Source: Candidatus Saccharimonadota bacterium (GTDB taxonomy: Bacteria > Patescibacteriota > Saccharimonadia > Saccharimonadales > UBA4665). From it: a stretch of DNA of 32,000 bases. Shown here one piece after another: positions 24,568-32,000 of this stretch. The stretch is from positions 721,374 to 753,373 of the forward strand of contig CP023991.1 of NCBI GenBank assembly GCA_003516025.1. The letters are read 5' to 3'. The notes under the pieces are model-generated. The model saw only the letters and a program-made list of their open reading frames with translations, was not told the origin of the DNA and made no database searches. Made by a program: the position numbers and the translations under genes. Within the stretch, counting starts at the first letter, position 1, and each line of letters opens with the position of its first letter.

Positions 24568-25464
24568 ATGAGTCAGAAGTTCACACTTACAGAGTTTTTA
24601 AACCGCTATCCTACTAATGATGCATGTCTTGAGCACATCAAGCAATTACGCTGGGGCTCGGCTACTATTTGCCCAAAATGTGAGCGTAAAAGTAATTTTT
24701 ATAAGGTTAAAGGACGTACTGCCTACGCTTGCCAGTTCTGCGGTCATCACATGTACCCTCTAGCTGGTACTATATTTGATAAATCTTCTACACCGCTTAC
24801 ATCATGGTTTTATGCTATCTACCTCATGGCACAAACTCGGTCAGGTATTAGCGCAAAACAGTTAGAACGTGAACTAGGAGTTACCTATAAGACTGCTTGG
24901 CGTATGTTTAAGCAAATACGCCTGTTATTAAGCGATGACAGCGACATAAACAATTTACAAGGCACTGTCGAAGTAGATGAAACTTATATACACCCTGATA
25001 AAAAGAAAAACACTCGCATTAAGACCAATAGTCGCTTTTACGGTCAGTCCCAAATACTTATGGGTATGGTTGAGCAGGGTGGACGAGCTCGTATTAAACA
25101 CATACAAAGCACCGGACGGCGTGAGCTCATTGGACAAATCAAAGGTAACGTACAAGTATCAGCTACGGTATACTCCGACGGATTCCGTTCATACCGAGCT
25201 CTTCCAAAACATGGTTATACTCACGCTTGGGTAGACCATAAAGCTCATCAGTATCTTGTTGCTGGCATTGGTACTCAAAACGTAGAAAACCTTTGGAGCC
25301 AGTTCAAACGTGGCATGTACGGTGTATACCGCCACTGTGACCCTAAATACTTACAGTCCTATGCTAATGAATATGCGTTTCGCTACTCACACCGCAATAC
25401 TCCAGCACACATGTTTGACCTTTTTCTTGGTCAGATTGCGAGCACGAAGTTTGTTAGGGGTTAG
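24568..25464 (+). CDS. IS1595-family transposase (N-terminal zinc ribbon + DDE domain)
   Basis: CPKCERKSNFYKVKGRTAYACQFCGHH zinc ribbon, an HTH-like ISAKQLERELGVTYKTAWRM, then VEVDETYI followed by a DDE-type core. The product is 298 aa. Confidence 0.85.
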   Translation: MSQKFTLTEFLNRYPTNDACLEHIKQLRWGSATICPKCERKSNFYKVKGRTAYACQFCGHHMYPLAGTIFDKSSTPLTSWFYAIYLMAQTRSGISAKQLERELGVTYKTAWRMFKQIRLLLSDDSDINNLQGTVEVDETYIHPDKKKNTRIKTNSRFYGQSQILMGMVEQGGRARIKHIQSTGRRELIGQIKGNVQVSATVYSDGFRSYRALPKHGYTHAWVDHKAHQYLVAGIGTQNVENLWSQFKRGMYGVYRHCDPKYLQSYANEYAFRYSHRNTPAHMFDLFLGQIASTKFVRG

Positions 25465-26467
25465 AGGCTTTATTTAGGGCTCGATCAAAATCGTCTTCCG
25501 CACCGTTGCGACCGCCTGCGTCTAAGAACTTATGTAGTTTATCGCCGGAGCTCTCTTTAGGAGTATCTTCGACATTGAGATGTAGCTTGGTTTGACTGCC
25601 AAAACGTGGAAATGCCTCGAGCATATGGTCTTCAAACTCTCGCCAGTCTCTAGATATACGCATGAGCACAATAAGTTGGGATAGATGCTTTTCAAGGTTG
25701 GGGTTGCCGACATTTATCGTAAGGAATTGATGATGCTTGTGAGCTCGGTATTTCTTATCATCGAGTACAGGGTTCTTCTTACGGAGCTCCTCAAGTACTC
25801 CGTCAGGTAGGAGCTCGTATACAAGCTGGTTAGTCAGTTTACCGACCTGCTGGTTACGTTTTTGTGTGTGAGCTTTAAACTCCCAGCCTTTGAGCCGGTA
25901 TATCTGTTGGTAAAACTCATTTGGAAACCGGCGTACCCATGGTTGGAGCTCTTCTTCGATATAAGCGGCAAGTATTATTTGGAGCTCATCTTTATCACGT
26001 TCCGCTTGGTAGCCGGTAGCTTCATCAACGAGTGCCGTAATACCGACCTTAGCAAGACTACGGACAATAATTTCACTGGCTACTGCTAAGTGTTGTTGCT
26101 GTTTTACGAGCTTTTCATCGGTGCGGGCTCGAAGATATACATCACATACCTGTGGCAATATATCAGCCTTAAAGCCTTTTCGTACCGTCTTACCGCTCTT
26201 AGACAAGTATTCAAACTCGGTGAGCTCCTTTTGTAAGTCTGCACTGATATAAGGTTGTAGGTTCTGTGCGTCAATAAAACTTGGAAACCCTTGTACACGA
26301 GTAGTTTCGGATAGGGCTCGTCCACGTTTTGTACGTCCGAACGCTCGGAACATGCCGTTTCGGGTTATGACCCGTGAACCGTCTTCAAGTACCGCAACAG
26401 TAAGCGTTACGTTACCTATTTGTAATTTTCCCTCATGTGTAGCCTTTGGTGGCTGCTTGTCGCTCAT
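25454..26467 (-). CDS. P63C domain-like protein (phage-associated), passenger gene of the IS
   Basis: The N-terminal GKLQIGNVTLTVAVLEDGSRVITRNGMFRAFGRTKRG matches my recollection of P63C-domain proteins. GAGGG RBS lies 6 nt upstream. The gene is convergent with the transposase and overlaps it by 11 nt. Confidence 0.5.
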   Translation of the reverse strand: MSDKQPPKATHEGKLQIGNVTLTVAVLEDGSRVITRNGMFRAFGRTKRGRALSETTRVQGFPSFIDAQNLQPYISADLQKELTEFEYLSKSGKTVRKGFKADILPQVCDVYLRARTDEKLVKQQQHLAVASEIIVRSLAKVGITALVDEATGYQAERDKDELQIILAAYIEEELQPWVRRFPNEFYQQIYRLKGWEFKAHTQKRNQQVGKLTNQLVYELLPDGVLEELRKKNPVLDDKKYRAHKHHQFLTINVGNPNLEKHLSQLIVLMRISRDWREFEDHMLEAFPRFGSQTKLHLNVEDTPKESSGDKLHKFLDAGGRNGAEDDFDRALNKASNP

Positions 26468-26493
26468 ATAATACCCTCGCTTAATATGAGCCT

Positions 26494-26523
26494 ATCATAA
26501 CGCAAGGTCTTACTTGTTGTCAA
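26494..26523 (-). promoter_or_regulatory. Promoter of the P63C gene inside IRR
   Basis: On the minus strand, TTGACA (26518-26523), an 18-nt spacer, then TATGAT (26494-26499). It shares the 15-mer TTGACAACAAGTAAG with the transposase promoter. Confidence 0.45.
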
Positions 26524-26552
26524 ACCCTACTTGTCTTGAGGGTATAATTGCC

Positions 26553-26560
26553 TGTGGCTT
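26553..26560. repeat. Target-site duplication, right copy (TGTGGCTT)
   Basis: It lies immediately outside IRR and is identical to 24512-24519. Confidence 0.8.
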
Positions 26561-26599
26561 GAAGGAGAGGGTAAAACGTTTTTGAAGAAGCAACCAAGT

Positions 26600-26629
26600 A
26601 AAAAGCCCAACCTCGCGGCTGAGCTTTTT
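26600..26629 (-). terminator. Rho-independent terminator of tRNA-Glu
   Basis: The minus strand reads AAAAA-GCTCAGCC-GCGA-GGTTGGGC-TTTTT. The stem has 8 bp, or 9 counting the flanking A-T pair. It includes two G-U pairs that would be C-A/A-C mismatches on the plus strand, so it is strand-specific. The loop is a GCGA tetraloop and a U5 tract follows. It begins 4 nt downstream of the tRNA 3' end. Confidence 0.6.
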
Positions 26630-26632
26630 ACT

Positions 26633-26709
26633 TGGTGACCCCTGCGGGAGTCGAACCCGCGATTTTCTGGATGAGAACCAGACGTCCTGGACCACTAGAC
26701 GAAGGGGCC
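26633..26709 (-). tRNA. tRNA-Glu (anticodon CUC), CCA encoded
   Basis: The reverse complement GGCCCCTTCGTCTAGTGGTCCAGGACGTCTGGTTCTCATCCAGAAAATCGCGGGTTCGACTCCCGCAGGGGTCACCA folds as a cloverleaf. It has a 7-bp acceptor stem, the D arm GTCT/GGAC, the anticodon stem TCTGG/CCAGA with loop TTCTCAT, and the T arm GCGGG-TTCGACT-CCCGC. Confidence 0.9.
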
Positions 26710-26925
26710 ACGGTGCAGAAAACGTAATTTTTTGCTGACATAAAATTATTCTTCGAGCACGTGGGCACTATGCAAAGCATAGGGTCAACAATTAAGACCG
26801 CACAATCATATCACATCTGTTACCGAGCGTCCAGATCGGGCAGGGCAGTTTGAAGCAAAAAAATCATAAGCCCATTGCCAGAAGGCCCCTAACGCCCCAT
26901 AATAAACTTAAGGACTATTGAAACT

Positions 26926-28266
26926 ATGACACTCAAAGCGCTGCTCCTTATTCTTACGCCGGCTATACTGACCGCTTTGTTTTTTATTATCTATATCCGG
27001 GTGTGGCGCAGGCGGCATACCGAGGTAGGCGGCGTGTCGGTAAACCAACTGGCTTCCGCGTTGCACGACGAAAGAATGAAGTCCAGCATCATCGTGGATG
27101 CCATCGAAGACGGCGTTATCCTGTTGGACGAAACAGGCGTTATCCGATCATTCAATCCGGGAGCAACCGTTATTACAGGCTGGAAGGCCGATGAAGCCAT
27201 GAACCTCGACTATCGTCTGGTACTTAAGCTGGTCGATGAAAAAGGTCAACCGTACCCGACAGAACAGGATCCATTCCAAAGAGTATTCGTCGAGGCAACC
27301 ACCATCCGTGACAGCAATATTTTTATTGTTTCAACCGCTAATAAGCAGCTGGCACTCAGCATGCAGGTGTCGCCGTTGCTCGATGATAAAAGGCACGCTT
27401 TCGCCGCTGTCGCCGTGCTGCGTGACGTTTCGCAAGAGCGGGCAGCCGAAAGCCAGCGCGCCGAGTTTATCAGCACCGCCTCGCACGAAATGCGTACCCC
27501 GGTAGCCGCCATCGAAGGCTATCTAGCCCTAGCGCTTAACGATAAGGTCAGCAGCATCGACGCCCGGGCCCGCGAATATCTCAACAAAGCCCATGCCAGT
27601 ACACAGCACCTAGGCCAGTTATTCCAGGATCTTCTCACCAGTGCTAAAGCCGAAGACGGGCGTTTGGCCAGCCATCCCTCGGTCATCGAAATGGGCAGTT
27701 ACCTGCAGCAACTAACCGAAGACCTTAAATTCTCGGCTGTAAAGAAGAATCTTGGAACAGACTTTATCGTTGGAAGCACTAGCGTCATCGATGCCCGGTC
27801 CGAGGCCGGCGGTAAAGTAGTCGCGCCGCTGTATTACGTCTATGCCGATCCGGACCGTTTACGTGAAGTTGTCACCAACATCTTCGACAATGCCGTCAAG
27901 TACACCGACGCGGGTAAGGTCACGCTGGGGCTTACCGGCAACGACCAGGTAGTACAGTTTTACGTTAAGGATACCGGCCTCGGCATTCCAACCGATGATA
28001 TTCCGCACTTATTCCAAAAGTTTTACCGCGTAGACAACTCATCAACCCGTACTATCGGTGGTACTGGCCTCGGACTGTTTATTTGCCGCAAGATCGTTGA
28101 GTTGTATCATGGCCGTATCTGGGCTGAAAGCGAATACGGAAAGGGAACGACCTTCTTCATCAACCTGCCGCGCCTAACTGGCCAGCAGGCCAACCAGATG
28201 ATGTCCGCTGACGCCGCCAAACAAACGCTGCCCGAGGCTAATTCAGCTTCATTCAGCCCGTTGTAA
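26926..28266 (+). CDS. Sensor histidine kinase (TM + PAS + HisKA + HATPase_c)
   Basis: N-terminal TM segment and a PAS-like region (IIVDAIEDGVILLDETGVIRSFNPGA). H-box STASHEMRTPVAAIEGY, N-box FDNAVKY, and DTGLGI and GTGLGLFICRKIV. Confidence 0.85.
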   Translation: MTLKALLLILTPAILTALFFIIYIRVWRRRHTEVGGVSVNQLASALHDERMKSSIIVDAIEDGVILLDETGVIRSFNPGATVITGWKADEAMNLDYRLVLKLVDEKGQPYPTEQDPFQRVFVEATTIRDSNIFIVSTANKQLALSMQVSPLLDDKRHAFAAVAVLRDVSQERAAESQRAEFISTASHEMRTPVAAIEGYLALALNDKVSSIDARAREYLNKAHASTQHLGQLFQDLLTSAKAEDGRLASHPSVIEMGSYLQQLTEDLKFSAVKKNLGTDFIVGSTSVIDARSEAGGKVVAPLYYVYADPDRLREVVTNIFDNAVKYTDAGKVTLGLTGNDQVVQFYVKDTGLGIPTDDIPHLFQKFYRVDNSSTRTIGGTGLGLFICRKIVELYHGRIWAESEYGKGTTFFINLPRLTGQQANQMMSADAAKQTLPEANSASFSPL

Positions 28267-28275
28267 ACAGAGAGT

Positions 28276-28302
28276 TTGCCTTCTTAGTGCTTATGGTATA
28301 AT
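28276..28302 (+). promoter_or_regulatory. Extended -10 promoter upstream of the response regulator
   Basis: TTGCCT (28276-28281), a 15-nt spacer, then TGgTATAAT (28294-28302). An AAAGGA RBS lies 7 nt before ATG 28356. Confidence 0.45.
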
Positions 28303-28355
28303 TACAAAAGAATACAGCGGTACGCTTAACAGGAAAACACTTAAAGGAACCAATC

Positions 28356-29669
28356 ATGACAAAAATAATGCTCGTCGAAGACGATAACAACCTACGCGAG
28401 ATTTATGAAGCCCGCCTGGCAGCCGAAGGCTATGACATCGTCTCCTCCGCCGATGGTGAGGCCGCGCTGGCGCTCGCCTCCAAAGAGCATCCCGATATGA
28501 TTATTTCCGACGTCATGATGCCAAAAATCAGTGGGTTCGAAATGCTTGATATCCTGCGCAATACCGACTCGTTAAAGAACGTAAAGATTATCATGCTGAC
28601 CGCTCTCGGCCAAGCCGAAGACAACGCCCGCGCCAACGCGCTTGGTGCCGATAAGTATCTTGTCAAGTCACAGGTAACCCTGGAAGACATCGTTAAGGCG
28701 ACCCACGAGTTGCTCGACACGCCAGCAGAAGCTGCCGCGGCTCCGGAAGAAACAGCTGTGCCCGAACCGGAGATTACTATTCCAGAGCCAGCTATCGTGC
28801 TGCCGCCCGCCCCTGAAGTAGCTTCAACGCCCGTAGCAACGGCAGAGCCCGAGGTGGTTGCTGCGCCCGCTCCAATGCCTGAGCCAGTGGCTGAACCACA
28901 GTTCCAGCCTGTAGCTACTCCCGAGATTCCGGTCGTCGAACCACCCGCGCAACCTACAGATATTGCCGCGACCATCCAAATGCCGTCAGTACAGTTTTCA
29001 GGCACCGACGACAACGTGGCTACGGCAACCGCGACTGACAACTCCGCGCAGTCTACTGCCGACGAAGAAGCTGCCGTCCAGGCCCAGATTAACGCCTTCG
29101 CGGCAACTGAAGCAGCAGCGCCAGTTCCTGAGCCAGTGGCGCCTGCTCCACAACCCGTTGAGGTTCCCGCGGCCGTCGCTCCAGCGCCCGCTCCAATGCC
29201 TGAACCAGTGGCTGAACCACAGTTCCAGCCAGCACCCGCGCCTGAGATAATATCGCCGGCTCCGGTGGTTCCTCAGCCAGCACAAGTACCAGAACCTGTT
29301 CAGGCCGCGCCAGCGCCCGTAGCAGCAGCCGCTCCACAACCACAGCCCCCGGCCGTGGCACAGCAACCGCAGATGCAAGCCGGGCCGGTAACCTCCGGCG
29401 AAGCGCCGCAAGAAGCAGTCCAGCCAATTCCGGACCAGATCCGAAAGAAGGTTATCGAACCACTGTCAACCGACGCGACGAAGCCGGACATCAATCAGTT
29501 ACTGGCACTTGAAGAAGCTAAAACAGCCGCTCAACAGGCAGCAGCAGCCCCGGTTATACAGCCCGTTCAGCCGGCCCCGGCAATAGCACAACCGCCAGTA
29601 CAGCCCGTACCCGGCCAGCAGCCGCCACAAGCCAATACCGGTATCGATCCACACAGCATGGCATTGTAA
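28356..29669 (+). CDS. Response regulator receiver domain fused to a ~310-aa Pro/Ala/Gln-rich low-complexity tail (no recognisable output domain)
   Basis: The REC domain has MLVEDD, MIISDVMMPKISGFE, LTALG and a K in YLVKS. After about residue 125 the sequence is only P/A/E/V/Q-rich repeats. Confidence 0.8.
   Translation: MTKIMLVEDDNNLREIYEARLAAEGYDIVSSADGEAALALASKEHPDMIISDVMMPKISGFEMLDILRNTDSLKNVKIIMLTALGQAEDNARANALGADKYLVKSQVTLEDIVKATHELLDTPAEAAAAPEETAVPEPEITIPEPAIVLPPAPEVASTPVATAEPEVVAAPAPMPEPVAEPQFQPVATPEIPVVEPPAQPTDIAATIQMPSVQFSGTDDNVATATATDNSAQSTADEEAAVQAQINAFAATEAAAPVPEPVAPAPQPVEVPAAVAPAPAPMPEPVAEPQFQPAPAPEIISPAPVVPQPAQVPEPVQAAPAPVAAAAPQPQPPAVAQQPQMQAGPVTSGEAPQEAVQPIPDQIRKKVIEPLSTDATKPDINQLLALEEAKTAAQQAAAAPVIQPVQPAPAIAQPPVQPVPGQQPPQANTGIDPHSMAL
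28863..28909 (+). repeat. 47-nt intragenic direct repeat, copy 1 (encodes APAPMPEPVAEPQFQP)
   Basis: GCGCCCGCTCCAATGCCTGAGCCAGTGGCTGAACCACAGTTCCAGCC matches 29184-29230 at 46 of 47 positions. The offset is 321 nt, which is in frame. Confidence 0.9.
29184..29230 (+). repeat. 47-nt intragenic direct repeat, copy 2
   Basis: It is identical to 28863-28909 except for one G-to-A difference. Confidence 0.9.
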
Positions 29670-29717
29670 TCAAGCCTAATATTATAAGCCTTGGCTGTTT
29701 TACGGTAAGCTAACTGT

Positions 29718-30392
29718 ATGCGTTTAAATAAATTCATAGCCGGCGCTACTGGCCTCAGCCGTCGTGCCGCCGATGAGGCAATCGCCCAAAACAGGGTGCT
29801 GGTAAACGGCCATATGCCGTCTGCCGGCCAGCAGGTAATGGACACTGACACGGTAACGCTTGACAGCCTGACTATTACCACGCCTGTCAATACCATAACC
29901 ATTATGCTCAATAAACCGGTCGGTTATGTGGTCAGCCGCGAAGGGCAGGGCAACCGTACGGTATACGATTTGTTGCCAGCAGAACTGCATTCATTAAAGC
30001 CTGTTGGACGCCTCGATAAAGATTCCAGCGGCCTGTTGCTTATGACGAGTGACGGAGACCTGGCGCACCGGCTGACACACCCCAGCTTCCAGAAGACTAA
30101 ACACTACGAAGTTCAACTGGACGCGCCGTTGCAGCCGCTACACCGCCAGATGATCAGCGACTACGGTGTCCGCCTGGAAGATGGGCCAAGCAAATTGCAG
30201 CTGGAACGGTTGCAGGATGGAGACGATACCGTTTGGAGCGTCACGATGCACGAGGGGCGTAACCGGCAGATCCGCCGGACGTTCGACAGCCTGGGCTACG
30301 GCGTCAAAAAATTACACCGTACACGGTTCAGTAACTACTCGTTAGGCCGTTTGGCAAGCGGCACATACCAGACAATACCCCGGGTTAGTTGA
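29718..30392 (+). CDS. Pseudouridine synthase, RsuA/RluB/RluF family (S4 domain + catalytic domain)
   Basis: S4-like N-terminus MRLNKFIAGATGLSRRAADEAIAQNRVLVNG and catalytic motif GRLDKDSSGLLLMTSDG. The product is 224 aa. Confidence 0.85.
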   Translation: MRLNKFIAGATGLSRRAADEAIAQNRVLVNGHMPSAGQQVMDTDTVTLDSLTITTPVNTITIMLNKPVGYVVSREGQGNRTVYDLLPAELHSLKPVGRLDKDSSGLLLMTSDGDLAHRLTHPSFQKTKHYEVQLDAPLQPLHRQMISDYGVRLEDGPSKLQLERLQDGDDTVWSVTMHEGRNRQIRRTFDSLGYGVKKLHRTRFSNYSLGRLASGTYQTIPRVS

Positions 30393-31032
30393 CGGCCTGG
30401 ACAGTTCCGACTTTGGTGAGCAGGATATGAGGGTTGCGGACAATTATAAACTCGGCGGCCACATCCTCGGGGTTTCGTGCTTTACGTAACATCTGCCTGA
30501 TCGACGGCAGCGGCGGTTGTTTGAGTAAAACAGCGTCCGCGTCGCCGTAAAAACCGTGGATTTTATCGACTACAGCTTCCAGGCTGGTAGCCTTGGCCAT
30601 AACAGACCGGCCAGCATGGCGGGCAATTTGCCTGATAGGGCCGCCCGACCATTCACGCAGGTCCAGCAGCCGGTCGGGGCTGGTGTCAAGGTCAACGGTG
30701 TAGGCACCGACAATATCAGATTCGCTCGGCAAACCCTGTACGGCTGGAGGTACGTTATATAAACGCGGGCCGACACCCTTTCCCTGCAGGCTAATAGTCC
30801 GGGCTTCGGCCGGAAGTTGCTGGAACTCCGTGATCGGCTGGACGGTTTGCCGGGTATCAATGCCGCCACTACGGGTGATTGGCACCCCAAACCCTAACAT
30901 ACGGATCGAACCAAAAGCGATCAGCTTTTCATCAACTTCCAGGAAACCGAGCTCAGGATTGTAACCTAAGCGGTCCGAGGAAAAATCCGGTTGAAAACTG
31001 ACTGAATCTACTATCGTTTCTGGCTGTACCAT
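30385..31032 (-). CDS. Hypothetical protein (215 aa)
   Basis: This is the only long ORF in the interval and its composition is backbone-like. No motif was recognised. Confidence 0.5.
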   Translation of the reverse strand: MVQPETIVDSVSFQPDFSSDRLGYNPELGFLEVDEKLIAFGSIRMLGFGVPITRSGGIDTRQTVQPITEFQQLPAEARTISLQGKGVGPRLYNVPPAVQGLPSESDIVGAYTVDLDTSPDRLLDLREWSGGPIRQIARHAGRSVMAKATSLEAVVDKIHGFYGDADAVLLKQPPLPSIRQMLRKARNPEDVAAEFIIVRNPHILLTKVGTVQAVN

Positions 31033-31113
31033 CTGGTTATTCCTATCGGGGTTTTATTACTGCAGTCCGCGGACGCGAAGTGATTGATACTATTTTGTCA
31101 TTCATATACTTAA

Positions 31114-31142
31114 TTGTCAATATCGACTACCTCTGTTATAAT
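31114..31142 (+). promoter_or_regulatory. Extended -10 promoter of der, near-leaderless
   Basis: TTGTCA (31114-31119), a 17-nt spacer, then TGtTATAAT (31134-31142). ATG 31152 lies 9 nt after the -10 box, which implies a 0-2 nt leader. Confidence 0.55.
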
Positions 31143-31151
31143 ATGAGCTAT

Positions 31152-32000
31152 ATGAGTAAAAAACTTCCGATTATCGCGATCGTCGGCCGGGCTAATGTTG
31201 GTAAATCCAGCCTGTTTAACGCTATCCTGGAGCGTAAAGAGGCTATTGTTGCCCGTGAAGCCGGGACGACCCGCGACAGCATTATGGCCAAGGCTGAGTA
31301 CACACACCCGGACGGTGATGTCAGCCAGTTCTGGCTGGTCGATACTGCCGGTATCAAAGATCCGGAAGACGACTTTGAGTTTACTATCCAGGAACAGATT
31401 ACCCAGGCCGCCGACAGCGCCGATGTGATCTGGGTCGTAGTAGAAGCCGATGTACCCGTTACCGAAGAGGACCGCCGGGTCGCCAAAATGGCACTCAAGA
31501 GCCGCAAGCCGGTTTACCTGGTAGTCAATAAAGTCGACCGGTCAAAAGGCGCCGACCTGACGCAGTTTATCCGCCTTGGTATTAAGGATATTTATTACAC
31601 CAGCACTACCCAGCACCGCGGTATCGACCAGATGGTCGAAGCCCTGGCGCAGATGGTACCACAGGTGTCTGAACGCCCTGATGATGACCGCCTGCGTATC
31701 GCGCTGCTTGGCCGTCCGAACGTTGGTAAATCCAGCCTGTTTAACTCGCTCGCCAAGAAGCAGCAGGCTATCGTGGCTGACCGCGCCGGTACTACCCGTG
31801 ACGTTAACCGTACGGTATTAAAGTATCATGGCAAGGAAATTGAAATTATGGACACTGCCGGTATTCGCCGCAGCGGTAAGATCGAAACCGGCATCGAGCG
31901 CTTCAGCGTGGTGCGCGCCCTGGCAGCCATCGAACAGTCGGATATCTGCCTGATGCTCATGGACGCCCGCGAGCTCAATACGGCCCTCGATCAAAAAATC
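31152..32000 (+). CDS. der: Ribosome-associated GTPase Der/EngA (partial; 3' end lies outside the window)
   Basis: The frame is open to the window end and is absent from the ORF track because it has no stop. There are two tandem G domains. The first has GRANVGKSSLFN ... DTAG ... NKVD and the second has GRPNVGKSSLFN ... DTAG. An alternative in-frame ATG lies at 31143. Confidence 0.9.
   Translation, partial: MSKKLPIIAIVGRANVGKSSLFNAILERKEAIVAREAGTTRDSIMAKAEYTHPDGDVSQFWLVDTAGIKDPEDDFEFTIQEQITQAADSADVIWVVVEADVPVTEEDRRVAKMALKSRKPVYLVVNKVDRSKGADLTQFIRLGIKDIYYTSTTQHRGIDQMVEALAQMVPQVSERPDDDRLRIALLGRPNVGKSSLFNSLAKKQQAIVADRAGTTRDVNRTVLKYHGKEIEIMDTAGIRRSGKIETGIERFSVVRALAAIEQSDICLMLMDARELNTALDQKI

Larger units (their letters stand above)
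24520..26552 (+). mobile_element. IS1595-family insertion sequence (2,033 bp) carrying transposase plus a P63C passenger gene
   Basis: IRL is GGCAATTATACCTTGACAACAAGTAAG (24520-24546). Read inward, IRR is GGCAATTATACCCTCAAGACAAGTAGG. The first 12 nt are identical and about 22 of 27 match overall. An extra inner copy of TTGACAACAAGTAAG lies at 26509-26523. The element is flanked by the 8-bp direct repeat TGTGGCTT. Confidence 0.8.

Noticed and set aside
28430-29494. Several 95-203 aa ORFs on both strands inside the Pro/Ala-rich part of the response regulator gene.
   Set aside because: These are antisense or off-frame readings of a GC-rich low-complexity repeat (Gly/Ser/Ala or Arg/Leu strings). 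The plus-strand frame is continuous with a bona fide receiver domain.
28700-29650. Possible CRISPR-like or tandem-repeat array suggested by recurring PEPVAEP-coding units.
   Set aside because: The repeats are in-frame coding low complexity with only two long copies. There is no regular repeat-spacer periodicity, and no cas genes lie nearby.
31197-31745. A 24-nt identical repeat GTTGGTAAATCCAGCCTGTTTAAC at 31197-31220 and 31722-31745.
   Set aside because: Both copies encode the P-loops (NVGKSSLFN) of the two tandem G domains of Der. This is an expected intragenic duplication, possibly homogenised by gene conversion, and not a mobile or regulatory repeat.

Overview
This 32-kb bacterial window has a strongly mosaic composition. 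GC values here are rough hand counts on sample lines. The backbone is about 52-58% GC and carries a partial TylF-like methyltransferase, rlmH, three two-component systems, a MacB/FtsX-type ABC exporter, an RsuA/RluB-type pseudouridine synthase and der. Three other compositional classes are embedded in it. (1) A lower-GC block (about 38-45% GC, roughly 1.95-10.4 kb) encodes what reads as an alginate-like polyuronate exopolysaccharide locus. It contains a processive HAS/Alg8-like GT2 synthase with a C-terminal LysM, two AlgG-type (DPHD-motif) beta-helix epimerase-like proteins (one with LysM), a third beta-helix protein, a PL7 lyase with all three family signatures, and a sugar-nucleotide dehydrogenase paralog that lacks the catalytic Cys. 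(2) Three very high-GC islets (about 63-72% GC, extreme GC3) each hold exactly one intact minus-strand ORF. These are an intact dehydrogenase xenolog at 873-1889 and two holin-like membrane proteins at 23446-23859 and 24228-24440. Each ORF sits behind an AT-rich host-type promoter and is followed by a GC-rich hairpin. (3) A complete 2,033-bp IS1595-family element (24520-26552) has imperfect terminal inverted repeats, an 8-bp target duplication (TGTGGCTT) and a P63C passenger gene. It is inserted just downstream of tRNA-Glu(CUC). Other notable items are a GH19 hydrolase-like protein with a weak Gly/Ala-rich N-terminal anchor and an operon of HD(SD-variant) hydrolase, APH-like kinase and histidine phosphatase. 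There is also an unclassified triple-hairpin element at 705-822 and a recurrent leaderless promoter layout (-10 box, 7 nt, ATG) that corrects several start codons. No rRNA or CRISPR array was seen. Taxonomy cannot be determined from the sequence alone; single-anchor extracytoplasmic enzymes, LysM use and the absence of outer-membrane parts suggest a monoderm or CPR-like organism. All functional calls rest on motif recognition by eye, not on database searches.
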